From a virus, in IMG/VR virus record IMGVR_UViG_3300032893_000008, positions 1-64,000 of that record: 64,000 bases of DNA, one strand, 5' to 3'. The position numbers and the translations under genes are program-made. Shown here piece by piece: positions 24,932-34,526 of this stretch (position 1 is the stretch's first letter; each line of letters begins with the position of its first letter). Below the pieces are notes generated by a model, which worked only from the letters and a program-made list of their open reading frames with translations, was not told the origin of the DNA and searched no databases.

Positions 24932-25144
24932 TCAGGATCTTGGGATCCACCGGATGCGTGAGGTGAGAAGCGAGCCAGTTGCGATATGCGTCCTTACATT
25001 GAAGACGTCAGGGGACAGATAGCTGTAAACCTTGTCCGAAACGTCTTCCGGCTGGAAGGGGGGCTTAGAAGGATCCTGTGGAGCGGGATGCTGGCGCAAA
25101 GCAAACAAAGACTTGACTTCGGCCAAGATGTTCTTGAAATTCAT
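24932..25144 (-). CDS. Hypothetical protein
   Basis: In tandem with neighbours. Confidence 0.4.
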   Translation of the reverse strand: MNFKNILAEVKSLFALRQHPAPQDPSKPPFQPEDVSDKVYSYLSPDVFNVRTHIATGSLLTSRIRWIPRS

Positions 25145-25146
25145 GA

Positions 25147-25743
25147 TTATGGAAGCTCGTCGGAATTAGCGACCTGAGAGGTGAAAAAGGATACGGTTAC
25201 GCGCACGCGACCACCGGGAGTTGCTTCAGCCGTCGGTTTACCGTAGGAACCGACGAGGCCGAAACGTTCATGAACATCTACCAGGGAACGGGCGATGCGA
25301 ATCGCACACTGATCTTCGGAGAAGTCCTCCACAGAGAGATGAAGCGCCTCGCGAGAGCCCCTGCTGGTGCTCGCCGCCAGGATATCGAATTCCGACTTCA
25401 CCTGGAGGTCCAGGAGGTCCAGAAAATCCTCGCCGATATCCACTGGATACACTTCAGGGACTGCGACGACCGCACCGGTCTCATCTTCCATCACGGTCGT
25501 AATGGAGTAGGGAAACTGCACACGAAGTGCTTCCGCGACATCCGACGGCAGGCAGGAGTTGATCTTGCTGCCAATGTCTTCAGCCGCGGGGGCGTTAGGT
25601 AGCGCGAGTGCGTCAGCGAGCGCGCGAGACTGCTCAGAAAACGATCCGGGCAAAGCGGCTGGCTCACGCTTGGCAGGGACCTTTTCGGGCGCGAAGCCGA
25701 AGAAAAGCTTCAACTTGAGGAACAGTTCCTTAATCCTGATCAC
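25147..25743 (-). CDS. Hypothetical protein
   Basis: GGAG SD, overlaps upstream gene. Confidence 0.6.
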   Translation of the reverse strand: MIRIKELFLKLKLFFGFAPEKVPAKREPAALPGSFSEQSRALADALALPNAPAAEDIGSKINSCLPSDVAEALRVQFPYSITTVMEDETGAVVAVPEVYPVDIGEDFLDLLDLQVKSEFDILAASTSRGSREALHLSVEDFSEDQCAIRIARSLVDVHERFGLVGSYGKPTAEATPGGRVRVTVSFFTSQVANSDELP

Positions 25744-26092
25744 GGTCTTCTCCCAGAATCATCTCGCCGATCCCTGCCTCTCTCACTTTCACGGTAGCCG
25801 ACTTCAGAGTATCAGAAACAGCTGCCTGAGTGATGTTCAGCAAAGATGCGACGTTGATCGTATCATGGCTCTTGCCTTCGTTTTCAGCCATGTATTTGAA
25901 GAAGCAGTAGCTAGCCGCTTCGTTCTTAATATACCAATCACACCCAACTTTGATATTTTTAGCGTTCCCCTGATCGTTCTGGATCGCCCTCAGCCGCTGG
26001 ACCGCGAGAGCGCACGTCGAGTCAGGAAACACATCAAGACCGCGGGGACAGCGATCATCCATGACTCGTAGGGTTGGGCGAGTCTTAGACAC
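25730..26092 (-). CDS. Putative DNA-binding protein (C-terminal HTH)
   Basis: NVASLLNITQAAVSDTLKSA HTH-like; several Cys; TAGTG coupling. Confidence 0.55.
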   Translation of the reverse strand: MSKTRPTLRVMDDRCPRGLDVFPDSTCALAVQRLRAIQNDQGNAKNIKVGCDWYIKNEAASYCFFKYMAENEGKSHDTINVASLLNITQAAVSDTLKSATVKVREAGIGEMILGEDRDQD

Positions 26093-26439
26093 TAATTCTT
26101 CTTCTCATCTGCAAAAGGTTGCGGCAACAGCTCAAGATCTTCATCGTCGGGACTGTTAGGGTCCTCGATCTCAAGATCGATGATACGCTTAATCCCCAAC
26201 TCGACGAGCTTGTCTACGTTCGTGCCGCACTCCGGGCAGAGCAGGAATCGCTGCACGCCTTCTAGATCCTCTTCAGAGGGCCTGGAAGACAGCGGTTCCT
26301 GGACAGCAACGAGCGCCATCTCTTCGTCGTAGTTGATCTTTTCGCCGCAACCCATACAGATACTAGAGGGGTGCACAGTTTCCGACCAGTAGACAGGGCG
26401 ATGTGCCATCGGGCTCGATTCTACCGTCAAGGAAGCCAT
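26092..26439 (-). CDS. Zinc-finger hypothetical protein
   Basis: CMGC...CPEC. Confidence 0.55.
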   Translation of the reverse strand: MASLTVESSPMAHRPVYWSETVHPSSICMGCGEKINYDEEMALVAVQEPLSSRPSEEDLEGVQRFLLCPECGTNVDKLVELGIKRIIDLEIEDPNSPDDEDLELLPQPFADEKKN

Positions 26440-26445
26440 GGGGGA

Positions 26446-27744
26446 TTACTTCAACTTCTTATCCAGAACAAGACCATAATTCCAAGGAGGAATGATCTTT
26501 TCGTAACGTTTATCGAAAGATGCATCGTCCAGGTGGATCTTACGATAATCCCCGATCGGATAGGACTCGGTGACTTCGAAAATGGTCTGGACAGCGATAC
26601 TGGCTTCGTAGCCGATCGACTGGGAATAGGGATCGGCACCAGAGCCCGTGCCATTCACCACCAGCTCCACGCCGTTAGCGCGCGTGAGTGTGATGCACAG
26701 CGGCGTGTGAACATGTCCGATCATGAGGACAGAGTAGTGTTTCCCCTTCACGGCAGCATTTAGGGTATTCACCTTATTCGTAATGTTCTTGACCGAAATA
26801 TCGCTTCCTGGATTTCCGATCTCAAAGGTGGTATCACCATGGGTCATGTAGAAGCGATGTCCCAGGACCGAGAAGTCGGCGTAGGGAGTTTTCGGGACGT
26901 CGAATACGACCTGGGAGGTGTTACGGTAGGCCGCCTGGAGCATCCCATGAATCATGGTAGAGAAAGCGTCCCATTTCTGGGCAGTTGCGCGTCCGGCAGA
27001 CTTATGGGGCAGACGGAGGTGGTTGCAAGGGACGGCCTCGACCACGATCTCTTTGTAGTAGCCGCGGAGGTAGTCGATCATCTTGGTGAGGATGTCGACC
27101 GTGCCAAGAACCTGGTTGGTGATCAGATCCGTGCCGGCATCGTCCAGATGGATGATGCCCTGAGCTAGATCACCGCCAAGGCAAAGGCGCAGGCGCGGCG
27201 TGGAAGCGCGATGTTCGATCTTGTAGCTAGCGACCTGTTCGGCGAATTTGCCCATGCGACGAGCGGCGATCTCCCACGAGTAAGCATTCGTAGGGACTTC
27301 TTCGGAATCGATCGTGAGGCCGAAATGCGTATCAGAGATAAAGGCAACTACCTCACGCAGCTTGTCTTTCTGTGTTTCCTTGAACTCCGGAGGTTTGACT
27401 TTCGCTACCTGGATCGGGTGCTCCTCCAGGATCTCGCCAATTTTCTTCGTGACGGCATCCAGGAAGTAGTGCCACTCACCGAGATTGCGTTCCAGCTTGT
27501 TGACGTAGGAGCGCTGGATCTGAACACCGCGCTTCGCGGCTGTATCGAAAGGCTCCGGAAAGTGAGCCTTACGGATTGCAGCAAAACCGCCTAGCTTGCG
27601 AAAATCCCATTCCGTGAGCTGCGATCCGGAAGACTCCAGATGGGAGAGGAGATCACCGCGGGTGAGCTGGTAAACGTCCTTGCCCGCCTCATCGGCGGCG
27701 CCTTTGATGGCTTTGATAGCTAGATCAGTCAGTGTGTTTTTCAT
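26446..27744 (-). CDS. Calcineurin-like metallophosphoesterase
   Basis: ISDTHFG, GGDLAQG, PCNH, THGD, IGHVH. Confidence 0.8.
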   Translation of the reverse strand: MKNTLTDLAIKAIKGAADEAGKDVYQLTRGDLLSHLESSGSQLTEWDFRKLGGFAAIRKAHFPEPFDTAAKRGVQIQRSYVNKLERNLGEWHYFLDAVTKKIGEILEEHPIQVAKVKPPEFKETQKDKLREVVAFISDTHFGLTIDSEEVPTNAYSWEIAARRMGKFAEQVASYKIEHRASTPRLRLCLGGDLAQGIIHLDDAGTDLITNQVLGTVDILTKMIDYLRGYYKEIVVEAVPCNHLRLPHKSAGRATAQKWDAFSTMIHGMLQAAYRNTSQVVFDVPKTPYADFSVLGHRFYMTHGDTTFEIGNPGSDISVKNITNKVNTLNAAVKGKHYSVLMIGHVHTPLCITLTRANGVELVVNGTGSGADPYSQSIGYEASIAVQTIFEVTESYPIGDYRKIHLDDASFDKRYEKIIPPWNYGLVLDKKLK

Positions 27745-27760
27745 GGGTGAGCGCTCGTAG

Positions 27761-27825
27761 AAAAACAGGGCCGCTGCGAGTGAGAAGGAGAGCGATACTT
27801 AGAAGGCACTCGCAGCGGCCCCGGT
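27761..27825 (-). ncRNA. Candidate hairpin sRNA or attenuator
   Basis: TAGAAT at 27832-27837, perfect 15-bp stem (27768-27782/27807-27821), 24-nt loop, T tract. Confidence 0.5.
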
Positions 27826-27844
27826 GATGGAATTCTACCAGCGG

Positions 27845-28612
27845 TCAGTTCGTTTCCTCGACGACCGAGAGCTTCGGCGCGTCAGACGGCGTAGCCTCCT
27901 CGTCCGCCGTCTCGTTGGTCTCGGCCTCGGGCTCGGGCGTCTTCAGGAGCTGCAGCACCGAGACCTTGAAGTCGACGTTCTTGCCGGCGAAAGTCCCGAT
28001 TCCCTTCGGAATTTCGGCCGTGAAGCTGACGGTGTCGCCTGCCTTGGCGCCGGCGTAGTGCTTCTCGATGTCCGAAGGGAACTCCTCGGAGCCGAAAGTC
28101 ACCTTGATGCGCAGCATGGAGAGTTCGCTGATCTTCTTGCCGGCGTTCGGGTTCGGAGCGACAGTTGCTTCGACCGCCGGAGCCGTATCCGTCGCCTCGA
28201 TCGCGGGGGTGCTCAACATCGCCGGCTCAAACGCATCAACGCGGGCGACGTAGACGATACCCTTGTCGAGCGTGGTGTCGGGATCAGCGACCTGCAGCTG
28301 AAGACGAGCGCTCTCGGCTTCCGACTGGGTGTTGAATGCCTCGATACGAAGCGTTTCGGCCATCGCGTCGTGCTCCTCGTTCGTGAACGAACCATTGTTC
28401 ACGAGGACCTTGAGCGTAGCGAGGGAGCGGAAGTCGAGTAGCTCCGACTGCTGCTCCAGCGTCACGACGCGCTGCATAACCTGCTGCAGCTGCATCTGCA
28501 GAAGCATCATCGCGTTTTGCGCTCGCGCGGAAAGCTGCTGAATATCCGCCTCTAGTGCCTTGGCGGTCTTCTTGGGCGCCTGCCGCGCCCCCTTACGAAA
28601 TCCGATTCCCAT
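27845..28612 (-). CDS. Protein with trigger-factor FKBP-like C-terminal domain
   Basis: GAKAGDTVSFTAEIP...FAGKNVDFKVSV resembles trigger factor; N-terminal coiled coil. Confidence 0.55.
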   Translation of the reverse strand: MGIGFRKGARQAPKKTAKALEADIQQLSARAQNAMMLLQMQLQQVMQRVVTLEQQSELLDFRSLATLKVLVNNGSFTNEEHDAMAETLRIEAFNTQSEAESARLQLQVADPDTTLDKGIVYVARVDAFEPAMLSTPAIEATDTAPAVEATVAPNPNAGKKISELSMLRIKVTFGSEEFPSDIEKHYAGAKAGDTVSFTAEIPKGIGTFAGKNVDFKVSVLQLLKTPEPEAETNETADEEATPSDAPKLSVVEETN

Positions 28613-28626
28613 GTTGCGTTCTCCTA

Positions 28627-29166
28627 TTACTTGGTGTTAGGTTGGTAGGTGATAGCCGCCTGACGTTCCAGGTCCTTCACGCGGCGGTTACGTTCTTCGG
28701 GCGGCAATTTTTCCCATTCGTCTTCGCCGCCAACGGAAGCTTTCAGGGCGGCAAGAACAGGAGAAAGAATACGCTGGCCATTCGGGGCAACAGCGCGAGG
28801 TGACGGCGGAGGAAGTGGCTGGGTGACAGGGGACTCATCCCCACGGGGGATGGGTGCAATAGATGCTGCCTTCGAAACCATGCGCTCCAGGAGACTGTCA
28901 AGCGCCTGGGCCTTCTCTGGCGTCATGTCAATCCCGAGCGCTTCGAAGGGATTCGTTTCGGAGGCACCGTTGCCGAGTTCTTCAGCCAGAAGTCCTAGGA
29001 GGAATTCGCGGATCTCTTCGTTGATCGCGTCGATTTCAGGCTTTGAGATGGTGCCCAGCGCCTTCGCACCGAGATTCACCTTCTCCTGGAGAACCAACTT
29101 CTGCAGCACGTTGATACGCTGCACTCTGCTGTTGAGCTGGCTAGCGACTTCCTCGGGTAGACTCAT
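28627..29166 (-). CDS. Hypothetical protein
   Basis: ATGA overlap, 179 aa. Confidence 0.6.
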   Translation of the reverse strand: MSLPEEVASQLNSRVQRINVLQKLVLQEKVNLGAKALGTISKPEIDAINEEIREFLLGLLAEELGNGASETNPFEALGIDMTPEKAQALDSLLERMVSKAASIAPIPRGDESPVTQPLPPPSPRAVAPNGQRILSPVLAALKASVGGEDEWEKLPPEERNRRVKDLERQAAITYQPNTK

Positions 29167-29549
29167 TGATTACATCCGCATGGCTCAACGAAGAGCCCCT
29201 TGCCAGTGGAATACGACACTTCCTGATCGCAGGTGCCTACGTGCGCCCCGTGAGGGCAGTGGCCGCACTGCACGACAGCCGACGGGAACGATGGAACGTG
29301 CTTCGCGGCGCGCTTCAAAATCGAAACTTCATCGCCGTGATTCACAATTGAATTCAGGCTCTTCTGAAGCACCTTCAGTTCCATCGCTTTCGCCTCAATG
29401 CGAGAAGCGAGAGACCATACGTCTGCCTTTGGCTTACCTAGCTCAGCTATCAGGGCTCGGAGGACCTTCATCGCCACACGAATCTCGCGACGTAGCGTTG
29501 CCGCTCCGCGCTTCCGTTCGAGTCGAGCCTGAGCTAGTTCAGTGTTCAC
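29163..29549 (-). CDS. Hypothetical protein with C-terminal Cys/His cluster
   Basis: TATAAT 6 nt before GTG; CGHCPH...CGC. Confidence 0.55.
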   Translation of the reverse strand: MNTELAQARLERKRGAATLRREIRVAMKVLRALIAELGKPKADVWSLASRIEAKAMELKVLQKSLNSIVNHGDEVSILKRAAKHVPSFPSAVVQCGHCPHGAHVGTCDQEVSYSTGKGLFVEPCGCNQ

Positions 29550-29578
29550 GCCGTGATTATACCGAGTTGCTTGAAGTT

Positions 29579-30547
29579 TTACTTCCGAAGAAGGAAGCCT
29601 TCCCCGTGAAGCTTGAGGATCACTCGCCCGATGGTAGGATCCCAGCGCTCGACAGTAGGCTTGATCACGATGCCTTCACGCACGTGGTCCTGGGCGCCGA
29701 GCTTGGTGTTGCCTTCCGCCAAAACCTTGGCACTGTCGATGTTCCAATGACCGCGGAACAGTTCGGGGACCATCGGGATGTCGAGAGCCCGAAGAAGCTT
29801 GAACGCGACATCATAGTCGAGCCAGCGGCCCTTCTGGATATCATAGACATCGAATGCCCGGAAAAGCACACCGTCCTTAGGATCCACGGAATACTTCAAA
29901 TCCTGAACCTTGCCGTATACTTCGCCGTAAACCGCAAGCCCGGGGACCTGAGACAACTTCTTTTCCAACTCGTGAGTCTTCGCGGCCATCCACCAGACAG
30001 AAGTCTCACTCCGGGTCTTGAACTGCGTGCGGCTTGCCGCCCAGAATCGCCCCTGGTGAAAAACATAGCGAGCGTTGGTCCCGTGGATCTTTTCGGTGAT
30101 AACAACCTCTTCGCCGGCCTGAAGGATGTTCGGATACTTCCGGAGTCCTTCGATGTCGTAGACCGGCAGAGGAAAGGGATCGGGCTCGGTATCGCCGGCA
30201 GTGCTAAGCTGCGCATCAGGCTCCCACTTCGTGATTCCCAGCTCAGCCTGGACATCCTGGCCCTCCTTCCAGTCGGGCTCCGGCTTGGTGATCAGGCCCA
30301 TGGAGAAGATGCCGCGGAGCTTCTTGGCCTTGATGCGACCGTGACCGTCCAGGAAAGACCAACGTTCCTGGTCCGTAGGAACGATCGCGTCGACCGGCAC
30401 ATAAACCGCCAGGTCGCCTTCCTTCCAGAGACCGGTCTGGGAGATCACGGGGTAGCCATTATTGACAGTAGTCATCTCCAGACGATCGGCGTTCGGGTGC
30501 TTCTCGATCTTACCCAGCTTAACAACTTCGACCTTGAATTCGCTCAT
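29579..30547 (-). CDS. RNA ligase, DRB0094 family
   Basis: N-terminal OB HPNADRL, KKLRGIFSMG; motif I TEKIHGTN, YGEVYG, FRAFDV, REGIVIK. Confidence 0.9.
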   Translation of the reverse strand: MSEFKVEVVKLGKIEKHPNADRLEMTTVNNGYPVISQTGLWKEGDLAVYVPVDAIVPTDQERWSFLDGHGRIKAKKLRGIFSMGLITKPEPDWKEGQDVQAELGITKWEPDAQLSTAGDTEPDPFPLPVYDIEGLRKYPNILQAGEEVVITEKIHGTNARYVFHQGRFWAASRTQFKTRSETSVWWMAAKTHELEKKLSQVPGLAVYGEVYGKVQDLKYSVDPKDGVLFRAFDVYDIQKGRWLDYDVAFKLLRALDIPMVPELFRGHWNIDSAKVLAEGNTKLGAQDHVREGIVIKPTVERWDPTIGRVILKLHGEGFLLRK

Positions 30548-30825
30548 GACGTCTTCTCCAGACGGGAATTGTGATCCTTCACGAATCGATTTCCTACGGC
30601 AGAATCCTCGGGCAGAAAGTAGACGGAATCGATGGGGGACCAGCAGCTAGAATGCCAACGGTTGGAATAAAACTCCTCAAGGACGAGCACCTTTTCCAGC
30701 CATACCAGAAGCTCCCTTCCGTTCGAACGATCGACGATAAATTCGGGCAGAAAGAGAAAAGTCTCAGTGAGACGCCAAGTGCCGTCTTTGGCTTCCGGAG
30801 GAGGTGAAGTGACGTCGATACGCAT
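30544..30825 (-). CDS. Hypothetical protein
   Basis: GAGGAGG SD, overlaps ligase start. Confidence 0.55.
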   Translation of the reverse strand: MRIDVTSPPPEAKDGTWRLTETFLFLPEFIVDRSNGRELLVWLEKVLVLEEFYSNRWHSSCWSPIDSVYFLPEDSAVGNRFVKDHNSRLEKTS

Positions 30826-31449
30826 TCAGTCCTCCTCCTCGAAAACAGATCGCTCTGCCGAGAGATCTCGATTCAAAGCCTTTTCTCCCGAAAAGTTCTC
30901 GGGATATCGCACGAGCAGCTTCTTAATGTTCAGATCGCCGGCCTCGCGATCGGTCTTCTTGAGGGTGCGTAGCAGCAGGGCGAGATACCACTTCTCGTCG
31001 CCGGCCTCCTCAAGAAGATTGATGTAATCGATGGGCTTCCCATAGACGAGCGTCTTCTTCAGGGCATCGAGCGCTTCCGCGGACTCCGTTACCATGCCCA
31101 TGGCGGCGTGGAGGAGCTGAGACCACTCCAGATTTGGCTTGCCTTCGGCGTCGATCACGAAAGCGCGCGTGTGCTCCGTGCGGAGGGCACGCTTCATGTA
31201 TTCCTCGCCGTAATCCTGACACTTGTGATTGAGGTGGGCATCAGCCATCTGCTTGAGCATCCAGAGGAGATCGTCCGCTCGCTTGCGATCCGCGTCATTG
31301 ACCTTCCGCTTCCGAAGGATTTTCTTCAGATCATCCACGATGTTACGTGTCGTGGCGTTATCGACAGCCAGGATTCCGTTGTCTTCGGAGGTGAGCACGC
31401 CTTCGGCAGCTTCCCCCTTCTTTCCTTTGATCCAATCCGCAATCTTCAT
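30826..31449 (-). CDS. MazG-like nucleotide pyrophosphohydrolase
   Basis: LLHAAMGMVTESAE, LEEAGD..WY, NIKKLLVRYP. Confidence 0.85.
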   Translation of the reverse strand: MKIADWIKGKKGEAAEGVLTSEDNGILAVDNATTRNIVDDLKKILRKRKVNDADRKRADDLLWMLKQMADAHLNHKCQDYGEEYMKRALRTEHTRAFVIDAEGKPNLEWSQLLHAAMGMVTESAEALDALKKTLVYGKPIDYINLLEEAGDEKWYLALLLRTLKKTDREAGDLNIKKLLVRYPENFSGEKALNRDLSAERSVFEEED

Positions 31450-31661
31450 CGTCTGCGTCCTCGTCCAACCTGCTTAGTGAGGTGAAAACCGTTGCAAAAA
31501 CGACACTCATAGTAACGGAGGCGGTCATGACCGCCGTTAGCGATGCGTGCCTTGATTACGTGCTGAGCTTCCAACTCGTTGGGGTAGCGGTGCTTTTTCT
31601 CGCATTCCGACCAGAGCTGGCCAGCGGTAACCTTGGGCTTCCTGATCTTCTGGATAGCCAT
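31446..31661 (-). CDS. Small zinc-binding protein
   Basis: CEKKHRY, YYECRFCNGFHLTK. Confidence 0.65.
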   Translation of the reverse strand: MAIQKIRKPKVTAGQLWSECEKKHRYPNELEAQHVIKARIANGGHDRLRYYECRFCNGFHLTKQVGRGRRR

Positions 31662-31685
31662 ACGAGAGGATATTACCGTCTTGAA

Positions 31686-33764
31686 CTAGACTTTTGCAGC
31701 CACCCCGAGAAAATTAACGATCTCGGTAGGGAGCTGACGGCGATAGGTGCGGGCGAGCTTCTTGGCCAGGTGGACTTCCCCGTCGGTGTAGTCCCGGGGG
31801 CGCTCAGCAAGTGCCTTGCCGATCCGGGTGTCCATCTTGTTGAAACCAGCGCCATCTTCGATCACCGCACCGTCGCACCTGCCGGCCAGGATCTGCATCG
31901 CCTTCTTGGCCACAGCACGCTCTTCGGCGGTCGCCACAGGGTAGACCACTTCGATCGTTTCGATGGTGCCGTCGTCGTGAACGATTTTGCGGGTGCGGGG
32001 CTTCTTCGCCTGCGCGGCCGCGTCCTTAGCCATGGTGGCGAAGTCGAGGTCCGCGTTGTCGAGCGCGCGATCAGCGATCTCCTGCTTGGACACAAGGATC
32101 TGGGCCATACGGGCGTCGAGCGAGCCATCGAACACCAAGTGGACGACCTGGACAGACTCGGTCTGACCGATACGATTGGCACGATCTTCGGCCTGGGACA
32201 CCCGACCGGGGACCCAGTCAAGTTCCGCGAAGACCACCTTGGAGGCGGCCGTGAGGGTGATTCCGACGCCAGCGGCCTGGATCTGACCAACGAAAACCTG
32301 GACCGAGGCATCGGTCTGGAAGCGATCGACCGCGGTCTGTTTCTCATTCGCGTTGTTCCGACCGGTGAGCACCACCGCTGCATCACCGAACTCAGCCGCG
32401 ATTCCGTCGATCACGTCGAGATGATGGGCGAAGACGATGACCTTCTTGACGCCCGCTTCGATCATATCATTGACATAGGACACGACGTAAGGGATCTTGG
32501 CGATCGCGACTTCGTGCCGGAGCGAAGACATCGCGGCGAACGCGAGTGCCATCTTGTTCGTGAGCCGAGAAACCGCGGCCTTGTAAGCGTCCTCGTCCCC
32601 AACGGCCTTGGCAAGTTCCACTTCGGCGCGAGCAGTCTCGATCTCGTCGTTGTAGCCGGCGAATTCCTCACTCTCCTCGTCGATGAGGTGAGCGACCCCT
32701 TCGGACGGGAGGTGGACGACCTGGCGGACCTTCTTGGGGAGTTCCTTGAGGACCTCGGTCTTGAGGCGGCGCACCATCACCGTCGACCGGAGGGTAGCCT
32801 GAAGCTCCTCAAGGTTGGAGGCGCCGGAGAAGTCCCACACGGGCTTGGACTTGCCGGGGACGAATTCCGTATGGGCGTTGCAGAAGCGCTTCGCGTAGAA
32901 CCAGAAGGGGAACTTCTCAGGAGCGCAGGCCCGGAGGAGGGGATGAAACTCGATCGGACGATTCTCGATCGGCGTGCCGGTGAGGAAAAGGACCTTCTTG
33001 GCCCTGGACACGAGACCGGGGGCCTGGGGGTCGTCCTCGCGGCCAAGGACGGCAACGGAGCGCTGGGCCTTGGGGTTCTTGAGGTATTGAGCTTCGTCCG
33101 CAACGAGAAGGTCCCAGTTGCGCGCCATGAGGGCGGTGTGAACGACCTTCGCCGGCTTGCCGACGAGCTTGTCGTAATTGACGATGACGAAGTTGGAGTC
33201 GTAGTCGGGCGCTTCGGTCTCGTTGATGACCTGGATCTTGAAGTCACGCGTGAGCCACTTCTGGGCCTCACGCTTCCAGTTGATCCGGAGCGTGTTCGGG
33301 CAGATCATGAGGACGGTCTGGATCGAGGGATCGGCGTTGACGAGCCCGGCGGTCTGGATCGTCTTGCCAAGGCCCATGTCGTCGCCGTTGACCACGCCCT
33401 TGAAGGTCTTGAGGGCGTTGACCATGTAGGCGACGCCAGCCTTCTGGAAGGGGCGATAGGCGAGGCCCTCGGGCGCCGGGACCTCAAACGCGGAATCCTG
33501 AGCGTGGGAAGCCTTGACGGTTTCCACGGTAGCAGCGATCGCCACCTTAGCAGCGTCATCGGCGAACTCGGCAAGGCGAGCAGCGATTTCCTTGCGATCG
33601 GTCCACCAGACCTTGCCGAGCTGGGTCGCGCAGGCATTGCAGCCCTTGTAGCAATTTCCGCCGTGCCAACGGAAACCCGCGGCCTTGGGGATATGCTTCT
33701 CGGCGAACGAGGATTCCGCCACGAAGACCGTGATCGACTCGAACGTCTTGCTCGTGAGCTTCAT
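31686..33764 (-). CDS. SNF2-family helicase (HARP/SMARCAL1-like)
   Basis: GDDMGLGKT, ADEAQYLKN, LTGTP, VRRLK, AAGVGITLT, QAEDRANRIGQ. Confidence 0.9.
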   Translation of the reverse strand: MKLTSKTFESITVFVAESSFAEKHIPKAAGFRWHGGNCYKGCNACATQLGKVWWTDRKEIAARLAEFADDAAKVAIAATVETVKASHAQDSAFEVPAPEGLAYRPFQKAGVAYMVNALKTFKGVVNGDDMGLGKTIQTAGLVNADPSIQTVLMICPNTLRINWKREAQKWLTRDFKIQVINETEAPDYDSNFVIVNYDKLVGKPAKVVHTALMARNWDLLVADEAQYLKNPKAQRSVAVLGREDDPQAPGLVSRAKKVLFLTGTPIENRPIEFHPLLRACAPEKFPFWFYAKRFCNAHTEFVPGKSKPVWDFSGASNLEELQATLRSTVMVRRLKTEVLKELPKKVRQVVHLPSEGVAHLIDEESEEFAGYNDEIETARAEVELAKAVGDEDAYKAAVSRLTNKMALAFAAMSSLRHEVAIAKIPYVVSYVNDMIEAGVKKVIVFAHHLDVIDGIAAEFGDAAVVLTGRNNANEKQTAVDRFQTDASVQVFVGQIQAAGVGITLTAASKVVFAELDWVPGRVSQAEDRANRIGQTESVQVVHLVFDGSLDARMAQILVSKQEIADRALDNADLDFATMAKDAAAQAKKPRTRKIVHDDGTIETIEVVYPVATAEERAVAKKAMQILAGRCDGAVIEDGAGFNKMDTRIGKALAERPRDYTDGEVHLAKKLARTYRRQLPTEIVNFLGVAAKV

Positions 33765-33770
33765 GACTAC

Positions 33771-33799
33771 ATGATGCCACCCCGAGAGGGCACCGTCAA
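33771..33799 (-). promoter_or_regulatory. Sigma70-type promoter, leaderless transcript
   Basis: TTGACG-17 nt-CATCAT, 6 nt before ATG 33764. Confidence 0.6.
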
Positions 33800-33800
33800 C

Positions 33801-33830
33801 AAAAAAAAAGCGCCCCCCTGGAGGGCGCTC
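33801..33830 (-). terminator. Intrinsic terminator
   Basis: AGCGCCC/GGGCGCT stem and T9 tract. Confidence 0.8.
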
Positions 33831-33951
33831 GGACTCACCGGCCCGGCCTCCAGCGGCCCACCGTCTGTCGTCCTACTGGCGGGTTTTAGGCCGCCGATGT
33901 TACCCCCGCTATCATCCTTGCCGGGTGAGCCTGCGTGGTTCGCGACGCCAC
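33801..33951 (-). ncRNA. Candidate about 150-nt structured ncRNA
   Basis: GGCTCACCCGGC/GCCGGTGAGTCC closing stem, internal hairpins, ends in terminator. Confidence 0.45.
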
Positions 33952-33987
33952 ATAGCTCTATACCCAACTCCGAAACGCGGGGAGGTC

Positions 33988-34074
33988 TTACTTCCTGAAT
34001 CTGAAGAACTTCGTGATGGCTTCCAACGCCCGACCGATCGTGCCGGCTACCACTCCCAATGCGAAGATTGGCAT
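33988..34074 (-). CDS. Micropeptide (28 aa), amphipathic and cationic
   Basis: TATAAT, GAGGT SD, MPIFALGVVAGTIGRALEAITKFFRFRK. Confidence 0.45.
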   Translation of the reverse strand: MPIFALGVVAGTIGRALEAITKFFRFRK

Positions 34075-34091
34075 CTAAACCTCTAACTCGA

Positions 34092-34526
34092 TTATACGCC
34101 AGGCGACGAGGCTAGTTTTAGGTCCGAACGAATTTTCATGAGGAGCTTGCCCAGGCGGTTCTCCCCCTGCCCCTGATAGACGCCCCAGAAGCGATCGCCC
34201 CAGGTGTTGCCTTCGACCAGCTCTTCATCGCCCGTGGCCAGGAGCTTCGCCTTCAGTTCGGGGTTCTGGAACTTCTGCCGGAGGAGATCTTCCATCACCG
34301 ACATGGAAATATCGTGCCAGTCCTCGCGCACTGACAGAAGTTTGGCAGCTCGCTTGGCCATGCCTGGCGTCGGCTGCTTCAAGATCGCCTGGCGCGCGAC
34401 GTAGCTCAGAGTCTTCGCCGCCTGGTAAGCGTGCTCGACCGTCGGGTAGACGATACCGTCGAGCTTCACTTCAGCCGGCCAGAAGTTCGACAGCCAGCGA
34501 TAATCCCCCTGGAACGAAGCGATCAC
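34092..34526 (-). CDS. NADAR (YbiA-like) protein
   Basis: WLSNF, YPTVEHAYQAAK, KFQNPEL..LLATG..LVEGNTWGDRFWG, GENRLGKLLM. Confidence 0.92.
   Translation of the reverse strand: MIASFQGDYRWLSNFWPAEVKLDGIVYPTVEHAYQAAKTLSYVARQAILKQPTPGMAKRAAKLLSVREDWHDISMSVMEDLLRQKFQNPELKAKLLATGDEELVEGNTWGDRFWGVYQGQGENRLGKLLMKIRSDLKLASSPGV

Noticed and set aside
31482-33998. 838-aa plus-strand ORF (and similar ones at 28823, 37993, 49684, 54338)
   Set aside because: Antisense shadows of well-supported minus-strand genes in GC-rich DNA.
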